A stretch of DNA of 64,000 bases from the human T2T-CHM13v2.0 reference genome, Homo sapiens: assembly GCF_009914755.1 (NCBI RefSeq), contig NC_060947.1; one strand, 5' to 3'. Within the stretch, counting starts at the first letter, position 1. Each line of letters opens with the position of its first letter. The notes under the pieces were generated by a model. It saw only the letters and a list, made by a program, of their open reading frames with translations, was not told where the DNA came from and did no database searches. Shown piece by piece: positions 1-11,699 of the stretch. The position numbers and the translations under genes were made by a program.

Positions 1-1399
1 GAGATAATCCTAGTTCACTGCACACCATCCATCCTTTAGGCTGCTAGCGTGGCCCTCAGTTTCCTTCAAGCCAAAGACACATTATTTCCCTGTGAATAAG
101 TGTGTGAATGTGGTTGTGTGGCCCACTCTTCTGTACCCAAGTCGGTCTCACTCACTCGGCAGGAAAGTCTTCGTCAGGCATTGAGGAGTGTTTGTCATTC
201 AGCCTGTGTATCTAAGCATGGATGTATGCATATGAATGCTTTTTGTGTTTCCAAGTGACCCTCTTCACACCTTTAAATGGGCTATTGTCTCTGGAACGCA
301 CTTACAGAAATTCTGCCCCAGTTTCCAGCTCAACAAAGTCTGGGATTTTTCTCTCAGAATATCGCTATACATCTCTGTATTTGCATACCCATGTTTACAT
401 TCCCCTTGGCCAGTTCTTTATCTCTTATGTATCTCTTGTTCCATTTGGGCAACGGAGCCCAAGTGTCTTGATTTGTCTCAGCACATGTCATTCAAGCGCA
501 CATCTTAATCTGAGCATTCGTACTACTTCCATTCTTTTTGCTTTGCCTATAATGTGGCTCTTTCCCAGGCCAGACCAATATGGGTTTGCAGTTTAAATGT
601 AAACAGAGGATCCCTTAAGATCACAAACTCTTAAAGAAAGGAAGAGGAGGGAGGAGGAGACTGGAATGTTAGTAATGAGTTATTTATGTATAGGGTAACC
701 CATCCGCCCATTTCAAGCTGAAGAAAGAACTAGATAAATGTCTGCAGAGGTGTATTAAAATTTTAGACCAATTTAATATTAGCCATATATATACACACAC
801 AAACGATGGATCTCACAACACATCAGTGTCCAGCTCCTCTTTGGAGGCTGTCTCCTTGCACATATCTAACTCCTCACAAGTTCCTGGTTAAAAGTATGTC
901 TATTTATATAGAGACAACTCAAAGACCGCTTTGCTCTCTTCAGTGCATACCTGTACATGCTGGCGGGGCATTTCAGGCTCAGGTCCTTGGTCTGCAGCAG
1001 TCATAGTCAGAGGCCCCACCCGACTACAGCTATGTGCAGACCTTCCCGTCCTTGAACACCCGCATGAATTCTCTTTGGGAACATTGAGTCTACGTCTGTC
1101 TTCCAAACTCAGTTTTTAAAGTGAGGGTGTTCATTGTGTGTGTTCACAGCTCCCCGACTGAGAAATACCTGGTCAAACTAGATCATCTAGCAGCTGCGTT
1201 TGGTTTGTGGAAGAATCGAGCCCGATGCACCAAGATGTGACCGTGCACACATAAGAGAAAGGAAAACCCTAGGCCCAGACTCACAGCTCCTCCCCACTGC
1301 GAGCTACTCTGCCTCCAGGAATTTCCACTAGGCTCTTTGCCCCCCTTTCCCTATTACACTACCCCACCACGGCCTTTAAAGGGTTAAGAGAAACCCCCA

Positions 1400-4300
1400 C
1401 GGCCTTCCCTCCACCCAGCTCGCTGGGCCCGGAGGCTAGCTCGCTCACTCGCAGCTCACAGAGTCTGCTGCCATCTCCGCGCCTCCCCCCCCTCCAGTCC
1501 TTCAGCCGGGAGGGAGCCTGCATGCCTGTCTAGACCGATCTATCACCGGCACACCAACAACACCCGCGAGAGCGCGGAGACCCTGCCCAGGTCCCCCGGC
1601 CCGCACGGTTCACGGCGGACAGAACCCGGGGAGCGTGACGGTGCCTGCGGGGTGGGGGTAGGGGGCCCACAGGCACTGGCCGCTCCGAGCGCACCACGGG
1701 TCCTCTCCAGCTCCGGCCCCCCGCGCTCCCACCAGCCCGGCTGCCGGGGCACAGTCACAGCTCCGCGCGCTGGGCAGTCCTATTTTTATCTTGTCTAATC
1801 CTAAACTGGGCGGGGAGCACAGGCGTCGTGCTTAGAGAACAAGAGATAGGCGCGGGAGGCGGGGAGGAGCAGCCAGGCAGCGACGCGAGCGGGAGCGAGT
1901 TAAAGACACAGTGGAGGCGACCGCGGGCAGGAAGAAAGAGCGGGCTGCGCGGGCCTCGAGGCGCCGCACGCAACGCGCCGCCCCGCGAAGTTACACTCGC
2001 TTCCCCGCCGTCCCTCGCTACCGGCCCCTCCCCACTTCCCAGCGGCGCTCCCCGCAGCCTGGACAGCGAGGCCCCGGCCTGTGTGGGAGGCGGAGGCCAG
2101 GACGGCCCTGCAAAGGGCTGGAGAGAATCGCTAATGAGCTGTGCAGCCCATTGATCCGGAGAACACTTCCTAATTAACTCTCAGTCACCTACTGGTGACA
2201 GCGCCTCAAAGGACAGCGCTGGGGCCAGCCGAGCCCCAGCCGCGACTTGCCGGCCGGGCGCCTGCTGCCCAAAACCCGCGCGCTCCCCTAAACACCCCAA
2301 GGCAATTGGTGTGCGTGGCGGTGTATACCCGCACACTGAAGGCCAGCCTCGGATTAAACCTGGATGGCATATTAATCATCGCCTTCCCCCCCCACTCCGC
2401 TCTACGCGCTGAAACCCTGCCCAAAATAAACACGAAAACCAACACTGCAAAACCCACACCAGATAACAGGTCGAGAGAGGAGTGGGCAGGGTCAAGGAAC
2501 GAGCGTATTCCCTAAGTGTCCACGTACAGGAATCTTTGAGGCTGACAATTAAAATGCCTTCCACGCAAGCAATTCTGTTGGCAAAACCGAACCCAACACT
2601 TCGTAAGGATTGATTTCGGCCCGCGGTGTCCGTTTCCAGTGCCACAGGAAGTGTCAGATGGCCAGAAATACCCAAGTCTGTCTGCACTCACCACCCACCA
2701 CCTTCTGGGGTGGGCCATTTCCTCCTAGTCTTTACTCCCAGGCCATTTTAAGGATCTTTCTCCAAAAGACTACCCCTAGAACCAAATACCACACTACCCC
2801 TCCTCTAGCGTCTTCTCAAAACGAAAAAAGGGGGGGAAAACACAGCTAAAACCCCGAGCTGTCTAGTCTAGACGCAGCGAGGCTGTGCGAATACCTATTT
2901 GAAGCGCGTTGGTTTCTTTTTAAGGTTTGTTTCTAAATACACATAACCCTCCTCCTTCCTTCTTCGCTCTTCCATTCCCCCCACCCCCACCCTCCAGACG
3001 CCGGCGGCGCGCGCCCTGGCGCGCGGGCACTCACAGCCTCTAGCTGGAGATCGCGGACTTTCTGGAAAAGATTCATTAACAGCAAATTACGCCTCGCCCG
3101 GCCACGGCCTACACGCTGCCAGACTCGTCCGTCTCCGGGACCCCGGGAAGGGCCCACTCGAGCGTGCGAGCGGCGGGAAGCCCGCCGGGACCACGCGTGA
3201 CTTCGGCCGCCCTACTCCACACACGGTGCCCCAAGGCTCTCTCCGTAAACAGCAGGCGCTCGTCACCGCCGCCGCGAGCCCCCGAGTTGGCGGAGGCTCT
3301 GCGGCGCAGCCGCCCGCCGGCTCCGAGCGCGGGCCCCGCGGCGCCTCGCCCTCCCCGCCTTGGCCGAGGATCTTGCCCCGGTGCGCAAGTTCCTCTTCGC
3401 CTACAGCCTCCTTGCCACACGCCCTCCGAGTGGGACCAACTTCCTCCGGCCGCAGACTTTCACACGCCCATCAGGGCTACCCACCAGACTCCCCATTGCC
3501 CAGCGGAGGGCCCAGGTCTCGCCCGCCCCCGCCCTCCCTCCACGACGCTGCCCCCGCACAAGCACATTCTACACCCACCCCTGGGGGCTCATAACTTAAA
3601 ACCTACGCTGAACATCGGGGAGGGAGAGGAGGGGGAAAGCGGGAGGGGGATCGCAGATTATAATCTTAAAAGAACATTTACAAAACAAAGCGTCTGACCT
3701 GGCTGGCGGGCGGGCCAAGTCGGAACCCCTTGCTCTGCTCGATTTCTTAGTAGTTTTTTTTTTTAATCCACGTGATTCGTGCTTTGGGGCAAGCCAAGAA
3801 AAAACGGGACTCCCCTCCCGAGTTGCGCGGCAGCGGCGGCAGGTCGAGCTCGGCTCGGCCCGAGGCACTCGCCACACACCCTCGCGCACGCACACGCCGA
3901 CGTTCCACTTGGAGGAACGACCGGCCCCCGGAGAGGCGAGACGAGGCGGCGGTGGCGGCGGCTGGGGGTTTTTACAGTTCTTTCCCGAGTCGAAAAAGAA
4001 AGCAGACGGCAACCCGCTGCCCTCCCCTTCCTGCTCGCGAGCTAACGCCGAACCCAGCTTCCCAGCTTCCAGCCCACCTCCCCCCCCTCCGCCCGACTCG
4101 CGGCGCTCAGCGGCGACCGCGCTCCCGCGCACAGACACACACAGGCTGCAAACTTCCACTCTGCGAACTCCCTGCTCTCCTCCTGGCCCACCGGGAGGCG
4201 CCAGGCCCCCAGCCGCGCCCCCTCCCTCCCTGGTGCCCACGCGGGGCCGCTTAGGTTGGCTGCATTTTAAATAACATAGCTATGAAATAAAAACGAAAGC

Positions 4301-6660
4301 GAGCCAAGCAGCCAAAGGGAAGCGCGAGGCAAAAGCTTCGCGGGGTACGCTGCGGGAGGGGGCCCCGGGAGAGGGGGCCGACTGCAGCCCTCAGCGCGCC
4401 CGCCCGCCCACCCGTCCGCGGTCTCCCGGGGGAAAGGTGTTCCGGGCACTGACCTGAAATCCCCGGTGGGGGAGTAGGCAGGGAGCCTGCGATCCGGCTC
4501 TTTGAAGTTTTCCCCCAAGCGGACTCGAGGCGGCGAGAAGGAGCGGGGGGCGGTTGGGTGGGTGGAGAGAGATATGAGGGGTGGGGGGGGTTGGCGACGT
4601 TAACGAGCGGAGAAGGAGCCGGGCCGGAGAAGCGCGGCGAGCAGCAAAGTTTGCGGTCCCCGGCTGCCCGCAGCCCGCTCGCGGCGCCGCGCTCACTCGA
4701 CTCCCTCGCCGTCTGCTGGCAGCCGGCTGCCCTCGGGGTCGGCCCCGCCGAGGGGTGGGCTCTGGGCCGGGTGGGGGCGGGGCGGGGCGGGCTCGGGGCC
4801 TCCGGGCAGGTGGCGACAGCCCCGTGCGATCCTCCGGGCTCCCGCAGCTGGACTGGGCTTGGCCGAGCTCAGCAGCTCCCGCGCTGCCGCCGCCGCCCGC
4901 GCTCGGGCAGGAGCCCCAGCGCCATGTTGACGGTTCGCCGCGAGCGCCCGCTCGGGCTGGGTGTGTGTGAGTGTGTGTGAGTGTTGGCCAAGTCGTCCCT
5001 GCGCGGCGACAGCGCGGCTTGGGCTCTCCGCCCGGCGGCTCGCGGGCTCCCCCTCCGCCGCCGCCGCCCGCCTAGCTCCCGCTCTCGGTCGCGGTCTGGG
5101 CTCCTGCGCGTCTCCCCCGCAGCCGCCGAGCTCGGCCCGCGTTCAGCGAGGAGCGCAGCTCTGCCTCACCTTGCCGCTGGGAGCCCAGGCTCCGTCTGCC
5201 GCCGCACGCCGCGATCCCAACGCGTCCCCCCTCCCTGGTTCCCTCCTCTTCCTCCTCCCCCTCCCTCCGCCCGTCCTCCCTCCCGCCCGCCCTACCTCCC
5301 TCCCTCCCAACAGCCGCCTCCCCTCCCCCCGCAGGCGCAGCGCTCGGGCGACAGCCGCCCGCCCGCCGCCGCCTCCAGCTCTCGCAAGTTTGAGCTCCGC
5401 CAGTCTCCGCTCACCCTCCGCTGCGGCGCCTCCGCGGCGGGGTTTCGGGAGGGGTGATTCCCCAGGAAAGGTTTGCCCGAGTTTCCCCGGCCGTCATCGA
5501 TGCACGGCCCGGCACGTTTTGGCCTCTCTGGATCCGAACCCCGGACCACTTGGGTGGCGCCCCCCCTCCTCGTCCCCCGGCCTCCCCTCCCCAGCTCGGG
5601 CCGAGTTGGCTGCGCACGCCCGACCCGGGCGCACGTCCTGGGCGAGCCGGAGACCGACTTGGGCGGCGGCGGCGGCGAGGGCTGCCGGCAGAGCCAGAGC
5701 CGAAGGGATGGGGGCGGCGGGGGCGGCTCTCCCAGCCGCGCGCCGAGACTCCCCTCGCTACCCAGAAGGCCAGTGGAGGACCGCAATTACCATAAAGCGC
5801 CTCGCACTCCGCTCAGCCAAAGCTGTCAAACCCCAGCGGCAGCAGCCGCTGCCGCCGCCTCTTGCCACCAGCGCTGCGCTCTCCCGGCCTCGTCCCCTCC
5901 GAGACCCAGCGGAGCGTGGCCTGTGTGCTCCCGTGCTCACCCCCACCCCAGTTTGCCCCTTCCTCCCAGAGGAGCCCTTTCCCATTTCGGTGTTAAAAGC
6001 TACCTGAAAACACCACCCCAGGCAACGGTGGCCGTTCCGCCTGAACTCCGCGCCCGAGTTCCCCGGACGTTTCAATTGTGTGGGAATTGTTTGGAGGTGG
6101 GGGAAGGGGGGAGCAGCCCGTGGAGGCACCGGGAGGCGTGTGGGGGGCGGTCGGCGAGCGGAGATCCGCCTGTATTTCTCCCGGTTCTCGAGCATTTTCA
6201 CGGTCTGTACCTCTGATGGTTGGAGGGGCTGCCCAGGCCCCTCGCCCCGGCGTTGGGAGATTATCTCCCGCGTTTTATTTTCCTTGACAGGGAGCAACTT
6301 TTGGCTTACACCGTTCGCCCCATAAATTTCCACTCGGTAACGTCGTGCTGATCGGTGCTTGGCGGCGGCGTACAGCCTGCGCCCGCAGCAGTTCAATTCA
6401 ATTGACACGTATTGAGCTTCTCCAGCGCACCCGGCGCGGCTCTGGGCGCGGGGGGAGGGCGGGGGCAGGCGGGAGGGAGGGGGAAGCGGAGAAGCGAGGT
6501 TCCGGCCTCCCCGGAGCGCAAAGCCTCAAGGGCGAGCCGAGAAGCCCTAGTTGGTGAAGCTGGCGGGAAGGGGTAGGAGTGGGGGAGGGGGTATTCCGGA
6601 CTAACCGCGCCCAGACTGCGGGCCCGGACTTCGCGGCCAATGGTGACCCCATTCGGCTGC
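1400..6660. promoter_or_regulatory. CpG island 1, main promoter domain
   Basis: Very high GC and CpG density, GC boxes, repeat-free, contains the first exon. Confidence 0.92.
5170..5421 (-). other. BCOR: Non-coding first exon (5'UTR) of the main BCOR transcript
   Basis: Minus-strand donor CAAG|GTGAGG (GT at 5169-5168). G/purine-rich sequence with no ATG, in the centre of a CpG island. TSS end approximate. Confidence 0.75.
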
Positions 6661-7636
6661 CCACTAGGGTCTTTTTATACTGGGAAGGGGGTGGGGTGTC
6701 TCTTTCTGCCTAAGGACAAGATGGTGCAGGCTCCATGAAACATAAATCTGAAATGGAGGTGGCTTGTAAATCCACACGGAAAGTTTTTAAAATATCCTGG
6801 AGTGTCCCCATGCCAAAAATAATCAAAAGCATCTCAAGTTGATTACTAAGTCAAGGTCAAGGCCAAAATCAGCTCTAGCTAGCAGATATTTTCCCTTTTA
6901 AAAATTAGACTCACTACTGACTGTGGGACTGGTATTAGGTGCGATTTTATTCATTCTGTTTTAGTTCTCAGCACATAGTTATAAAAACAGCCCTTCTCAA
7001 AGCAGAAGTGAAACATCTCTACCGTTTGAAACCCGAAACTTCGGCAGAATTAAATCTTCATGCTCCAGAGCTGCTTATAACAACTGATGCAAAAGACAGG
7101 CGAGCAAGTGCCCCCGCGAGCAGTGCCCAGCCAGGCTGGGCCGCGAACGCTTCCAGGACCAGCGCCTGCAGAATGGAATGCACGCTTTTTTCTTCCTGGT
7201 CTTTCTGGGGGTGGATATCTCTGCAAGCCAACCCACACATTTTTTTAATCTCCGGTAACAAGCAGAAAGACACCTGGACTATTATGCTGTAAAACTATTT
7301 TTTATAAAGACATTTTAGGACCAGACATTAAAAGTTATTAGATTGAACGCATGCGAGTTACAGACACAGCTGGAGAAAAGGCCTCTGGTTGTGTGTTGTG
7401 GCAACATTTCTTTTTGAAGCGACTCCTTTTATTCAAAACAAGTCAAAAATAACCGGGAAGGCTGAAGCTGGGTATTTGTGGGGAAACTCTGAACGTGGTT
7501 CCAGGCGAGGAGGCCGCTCTGCTGCTGCAGGCTGGACGGGAGAACTGGCCTGGGCCAGTGTGGAGCCGTGCCAGGCTCTTCCGGCTCGGTTAGGCCGAAC
7601 CGCAGAGGCCCTGGCCCGGCGCCCAGCCACCTTCTA

Positions 7637-7969
<333 letters not shown>

Positions 7970-8291
7970 AAAAGTCCTAGAGTTAAAATGAACAGGGGTG
8001 GTGGGGGTGCTGTAAATGCGAAGGGGCCGAGGGGAGGGCTGACTGGGGGAGAAATTTGATGCTGGAGACAAACAGGCCAGTAAATTCGCCTTTGACGTAA
8101 TTTGCAACATCCTCCCCCACCTTTTCTAGGGATCTTGCCTCCACGGTAGGCTGGTAGGATTAAAGGGTTTCTCCTCCATCTCCTAGGGATACATTTTTCA
8201 ACTCCGTGGGATTTCAAAAATATCTTATTAAGGGAGTCCTAAGAGGCATGAGTGGTGGGGGGGATTCGTGACTCACTGGGAATTAAAATGT

Positions 8292-8301
8292 GGGATTTTC
8301 C
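8292..8301 (+). promoter_or_regulatory. NF-kB consensus site GGGATTTTCC
   Basis: Exact GGGRNWYYCC match about 2.9 kb upstream of the minus-strand TSS. Motif only. Confidence 0.3.
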
Positions 8302-9569
8302 CGAGGCGCTATAAGGCAGAGGGGGGGAGGGGAGATTACACCTATTGGCCCGGTTAGTTCCAATTGTTCTGGGGAAAACAAGCAGAAAGCTGTCGAAGGG
8401 CAATCCCATCTTGTGTCCTCACTTAAGAAGGGGCTCAGGGAGCTGGGGATGCCGCGGGGCCTGCAATGGGTGCCGGCGGTTTGGCCCTTCTCCTGCCCCC
8501 TCCTCTCCTGCCCTCCCACAAGCCCTTCGGGAGCTGACCCGGGGGTCAGGCTGCTATACCCAGCACTCAGCAAGGGGAGGATTTCAATGAAAACAGAGGA
8601 GGAGGAGAGAGTGAGCAAAGGAGTGCATGGGAGGGGAGGCCGTGCAGCCCACGGAGAAATAAAGAAATAGGTGCCGAAATGAGAGGTGCTGCGGATGGAG
8701 CAGCGGGGGCTGCCCCTCCGCCACCAATCTCCCTTCCCATGGAAGTGTCTCCTGATTATAACAAACCACTCGACCTCAGGCTAACCAGGCCCTGCAACTG
8801 GGCAATCGAGCTGGCCCTTCTAGGAGCAGGCCTTGAGCCTGGCTGCCCTTCTCAAGGCAGGTTGACTCTGCAAGACCCGCTAGGGCCTCTCCCACACACC
8901 TCCAGCTCCACCCTGGCCTAGGGGAAAGGCCAGGCATCCTGTGTTTGGGGGGACCCTGGCCTTCTAACCTTGTGTGCAAGATTTATTTATAACGTATACT
9001 AGGATCCACATCATAAAGCTTATAACGTATGTGTAGGCTTCCGATGGTCCTCCTCGGAGGCTGTTCTCAGGGCGATGACACTTGGTACTGGAACAGGTGG
9101 GACTCGGATGAGTACAGATAATGTATTTTTACATAATGTGAGGTAGCCTTTCTTTAAAAACACACCCACACTTATAGTCTTCTGGTCACTTTGTACAAGA
9201 ACTCTGGGCTTATCCAATGGCACTTTAAAAAACATCCGCTGCCCCATCCTCCAAGCACAAGGCACAGCTGGCTTCCCCTCTGAAACTCAAACGAGGTAAC
9301 AAACAGGAGGCGCATCCTCCTCCCAGGATTTCACTCATCTGGAAACATCTAAAGGTAGCTGCCTCCCAGGGCAGAAGACTGCTGGACTTAAGGGTCGCCA
9401 GGCTGAACATGACTGTTCTTTCTTCTTCCTAGCCTTTGGAGGGTTATTGGGTGTTTGGGGAAGGAAGGCCCTAAGGGCAGCCTCTCCGTGGTTCCTAGCA
9501 ACCATCTTGGAATTTCTGGTCTGGGCTCGATTTGGGTCAGGCCCTGAGCTCCCCGAACACAGGCACGTG

Positions 9570-10480
9570 TGGGTGAACTGGCATCTACACTACGGGGGCC
9601 CGCAGGGTGGTTGGGTGTCGACCAAATGGGCATAATACAGGAGGCTTCTGGGAGGCTGGCCGCCTCTTGCGCTCGGCAAGGGCTTAAGAGCCCTCGACGC
9701 CGCCGCGCTGGGCCGGGTGCTCCTGCAGATAAACCCGGACGCCACGTCCCGCCTCGGCTGCTTATTTAGCAAGGCGCCTTCTGCGCATATTTTACCCGGC
9801 TGGGGGCAGTGAGTGGGAACCGCCGGGAGAGGGGGCGGGGAACCACCAACTACTCGCCTTCGGACCCAGTGTGCCGGCCTCCGGCCCCAGCCATTTTGTA
9901 TCCAGCTTCCCTCCTCCACTCCCACCGGGTCCCTGCGAAGACGCACCACCCCGAACCCCTTCGCGGTACCACTCCCGAACTGGAGGGGTAGAGAAGGCTC
10001 TGCCAGCCCCTCGCCTGCAGCAGGAAGGTGGGTACGGACCAGCAGAAGGGAAAGCGGTGCTGATCTGTCTCTAAATACCTCTGCCCTCCCGCCCCCAACA
10101 AAGTCGGTCACAGAGGTGAGTGGCGCGGGATGGTTGCCTCGAGAAGGTCGCAGCCAGGAGCAAAGCTTTGGGGCTCACAACGGACTGGGCATTCCAAACG
10201 GTGTAATCTTCGGCACATTTCACCCGCTCCCATTCCACCTTCCGAACCACTCTGCTCTCGGTGCTCATCCTCCTCTCCATACCTGCGTTCCCAGCGCGTT
10301 AGCAGCCGCGCAGCCCCCGGCCCTGAGTGCGGGGGGTGGGGTGGGGGGGCTCAGGGTGGTTTGTGTGGTGCGGCCTGACAGAACCTTCTGTGTGCGGCGG
10401 AGGGAGGAGGCTAATGCATAATGCACAGCGCCTGGAAGCCCGGCCATTAGCGGCCTGTCGGTGACACAGACAAACGACTG
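9570..10480. promoter_or_regulatory. Smaller CpG-rich segment
   Basis: Elevated CpG density. YY1 core GCCATTTTG at 9890-9898. ATGCATAAT POU-like motif near 10415. Confidence 0.6.
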
Positions 10481-11699
10481 AGAGGGAGGAGATCCAGCTC
10501 GCTCTGGAGTTTAAATAGACCAGCGTGGAGGGGAAACGCCATGATTTAAAAGTGTGTGTTTGCAGACACTCGCATATATTTTAATGATTTCCAGCAGGCT
10601 ATGTGTCCTAGCCTTGCATCCCCCCCTCCCCAAAAGGAGGATGTGTCTAGAGGAGGGAGGATGAAGGCAGAGTGAGAGGCCTCAACCCAGACCCACCAGC
10701 AGCTTTTGAGAGATGAAGGAGGGGAGAAGTTCAGAAAGCGAGGCCTGGGGAAGCCACACGACCCAAGGCCAAGCCCAGATTTTGTTCTTAAAATAATAAT
10801 TTAAAAAAAGAGCCACCCAGCCTTCCACCCTGGACTACACCCTGTGTTGTACCAGAAAGGCCTGGGGGAAAGAATAAATTCTGCCACCCTTGCTTCCCCC
10901 GGGAGCCCACATTTTTGAATCTTCCTTTTCCACTGACACTCCAGAGACCTCCTTCCTCCCGGTTTAACACACTAGTGTTTTTTAGCAATTAAGGCGAGAA
11001 GGGGGTGGGGATAAAGATAAGCCAATTTTTTTTTCCGCCATGCAAGTGTGAGAGATAAGATAACGCTAAGCTGGGGCAAAGCGGCTGCTTACAACCTCCC
11101 CTTAGCGATTTTGATCGGTCACTTCTTATCTCGCAAAAATGCTCTTTTCGAAAACTGGATCAAAAAAGAAAAAGAGAAAAAGAAAAGAAAGAAAGATTTT
11201 CATTTGGAAGTGACATTTAAAACCCACCTCCCCTCCACTGACAACCCACCCCCCATTGGCGGGGCTCCCCAGGAAAAGTCGCACCTCGACTGCAGGATTT
11301 CAGGCTTTCTCGCGGGGGGCAGGATTACTAGTGCAATTAGGCTGAATAAAACCAGGGATGCGTGATGAGGATTTATCCTGTATCCAACCCAAGCTCGCGG
11401 CTGGGTTTTCCTTCTCTTAGTTACTGGTCGATGTTTGTGTTTCGCCATCGCACTCAGTGCCTTCAAACTAAACAGGTAGTTATACTTGGGAGGGTCATAT
11501 AACTATGTCAACATGAAGTGGTTGTTAATGCGAAATAAGAAGAAACTCTTCTGATATTTATAGGCCCCTATAAAGGGAGAGAAAGGAAATCACACTCCCT
11601 AGAACCCGAAAGCTCCCAGCCGAACCGGACCCTCGGGGAGTTTTAGAAATCCTTCTTTCCGCACAGGAATTTCGCGAAGGGGTTTCCGGAAGACTTTGT

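Noticed and set aside
2181-2220. Possible REST/RE1 site (CAGCGCC...GGACAGCGC)
   Set aside because: Left half-site mismatched and spacing non-canonical.
8679-8921. 80-aa ORF containing KPLDL, reminiscent of a PLDLS motif
   Set aside because: Only a 5-residue match, antisense to the gene, with no other similarity. Chance.
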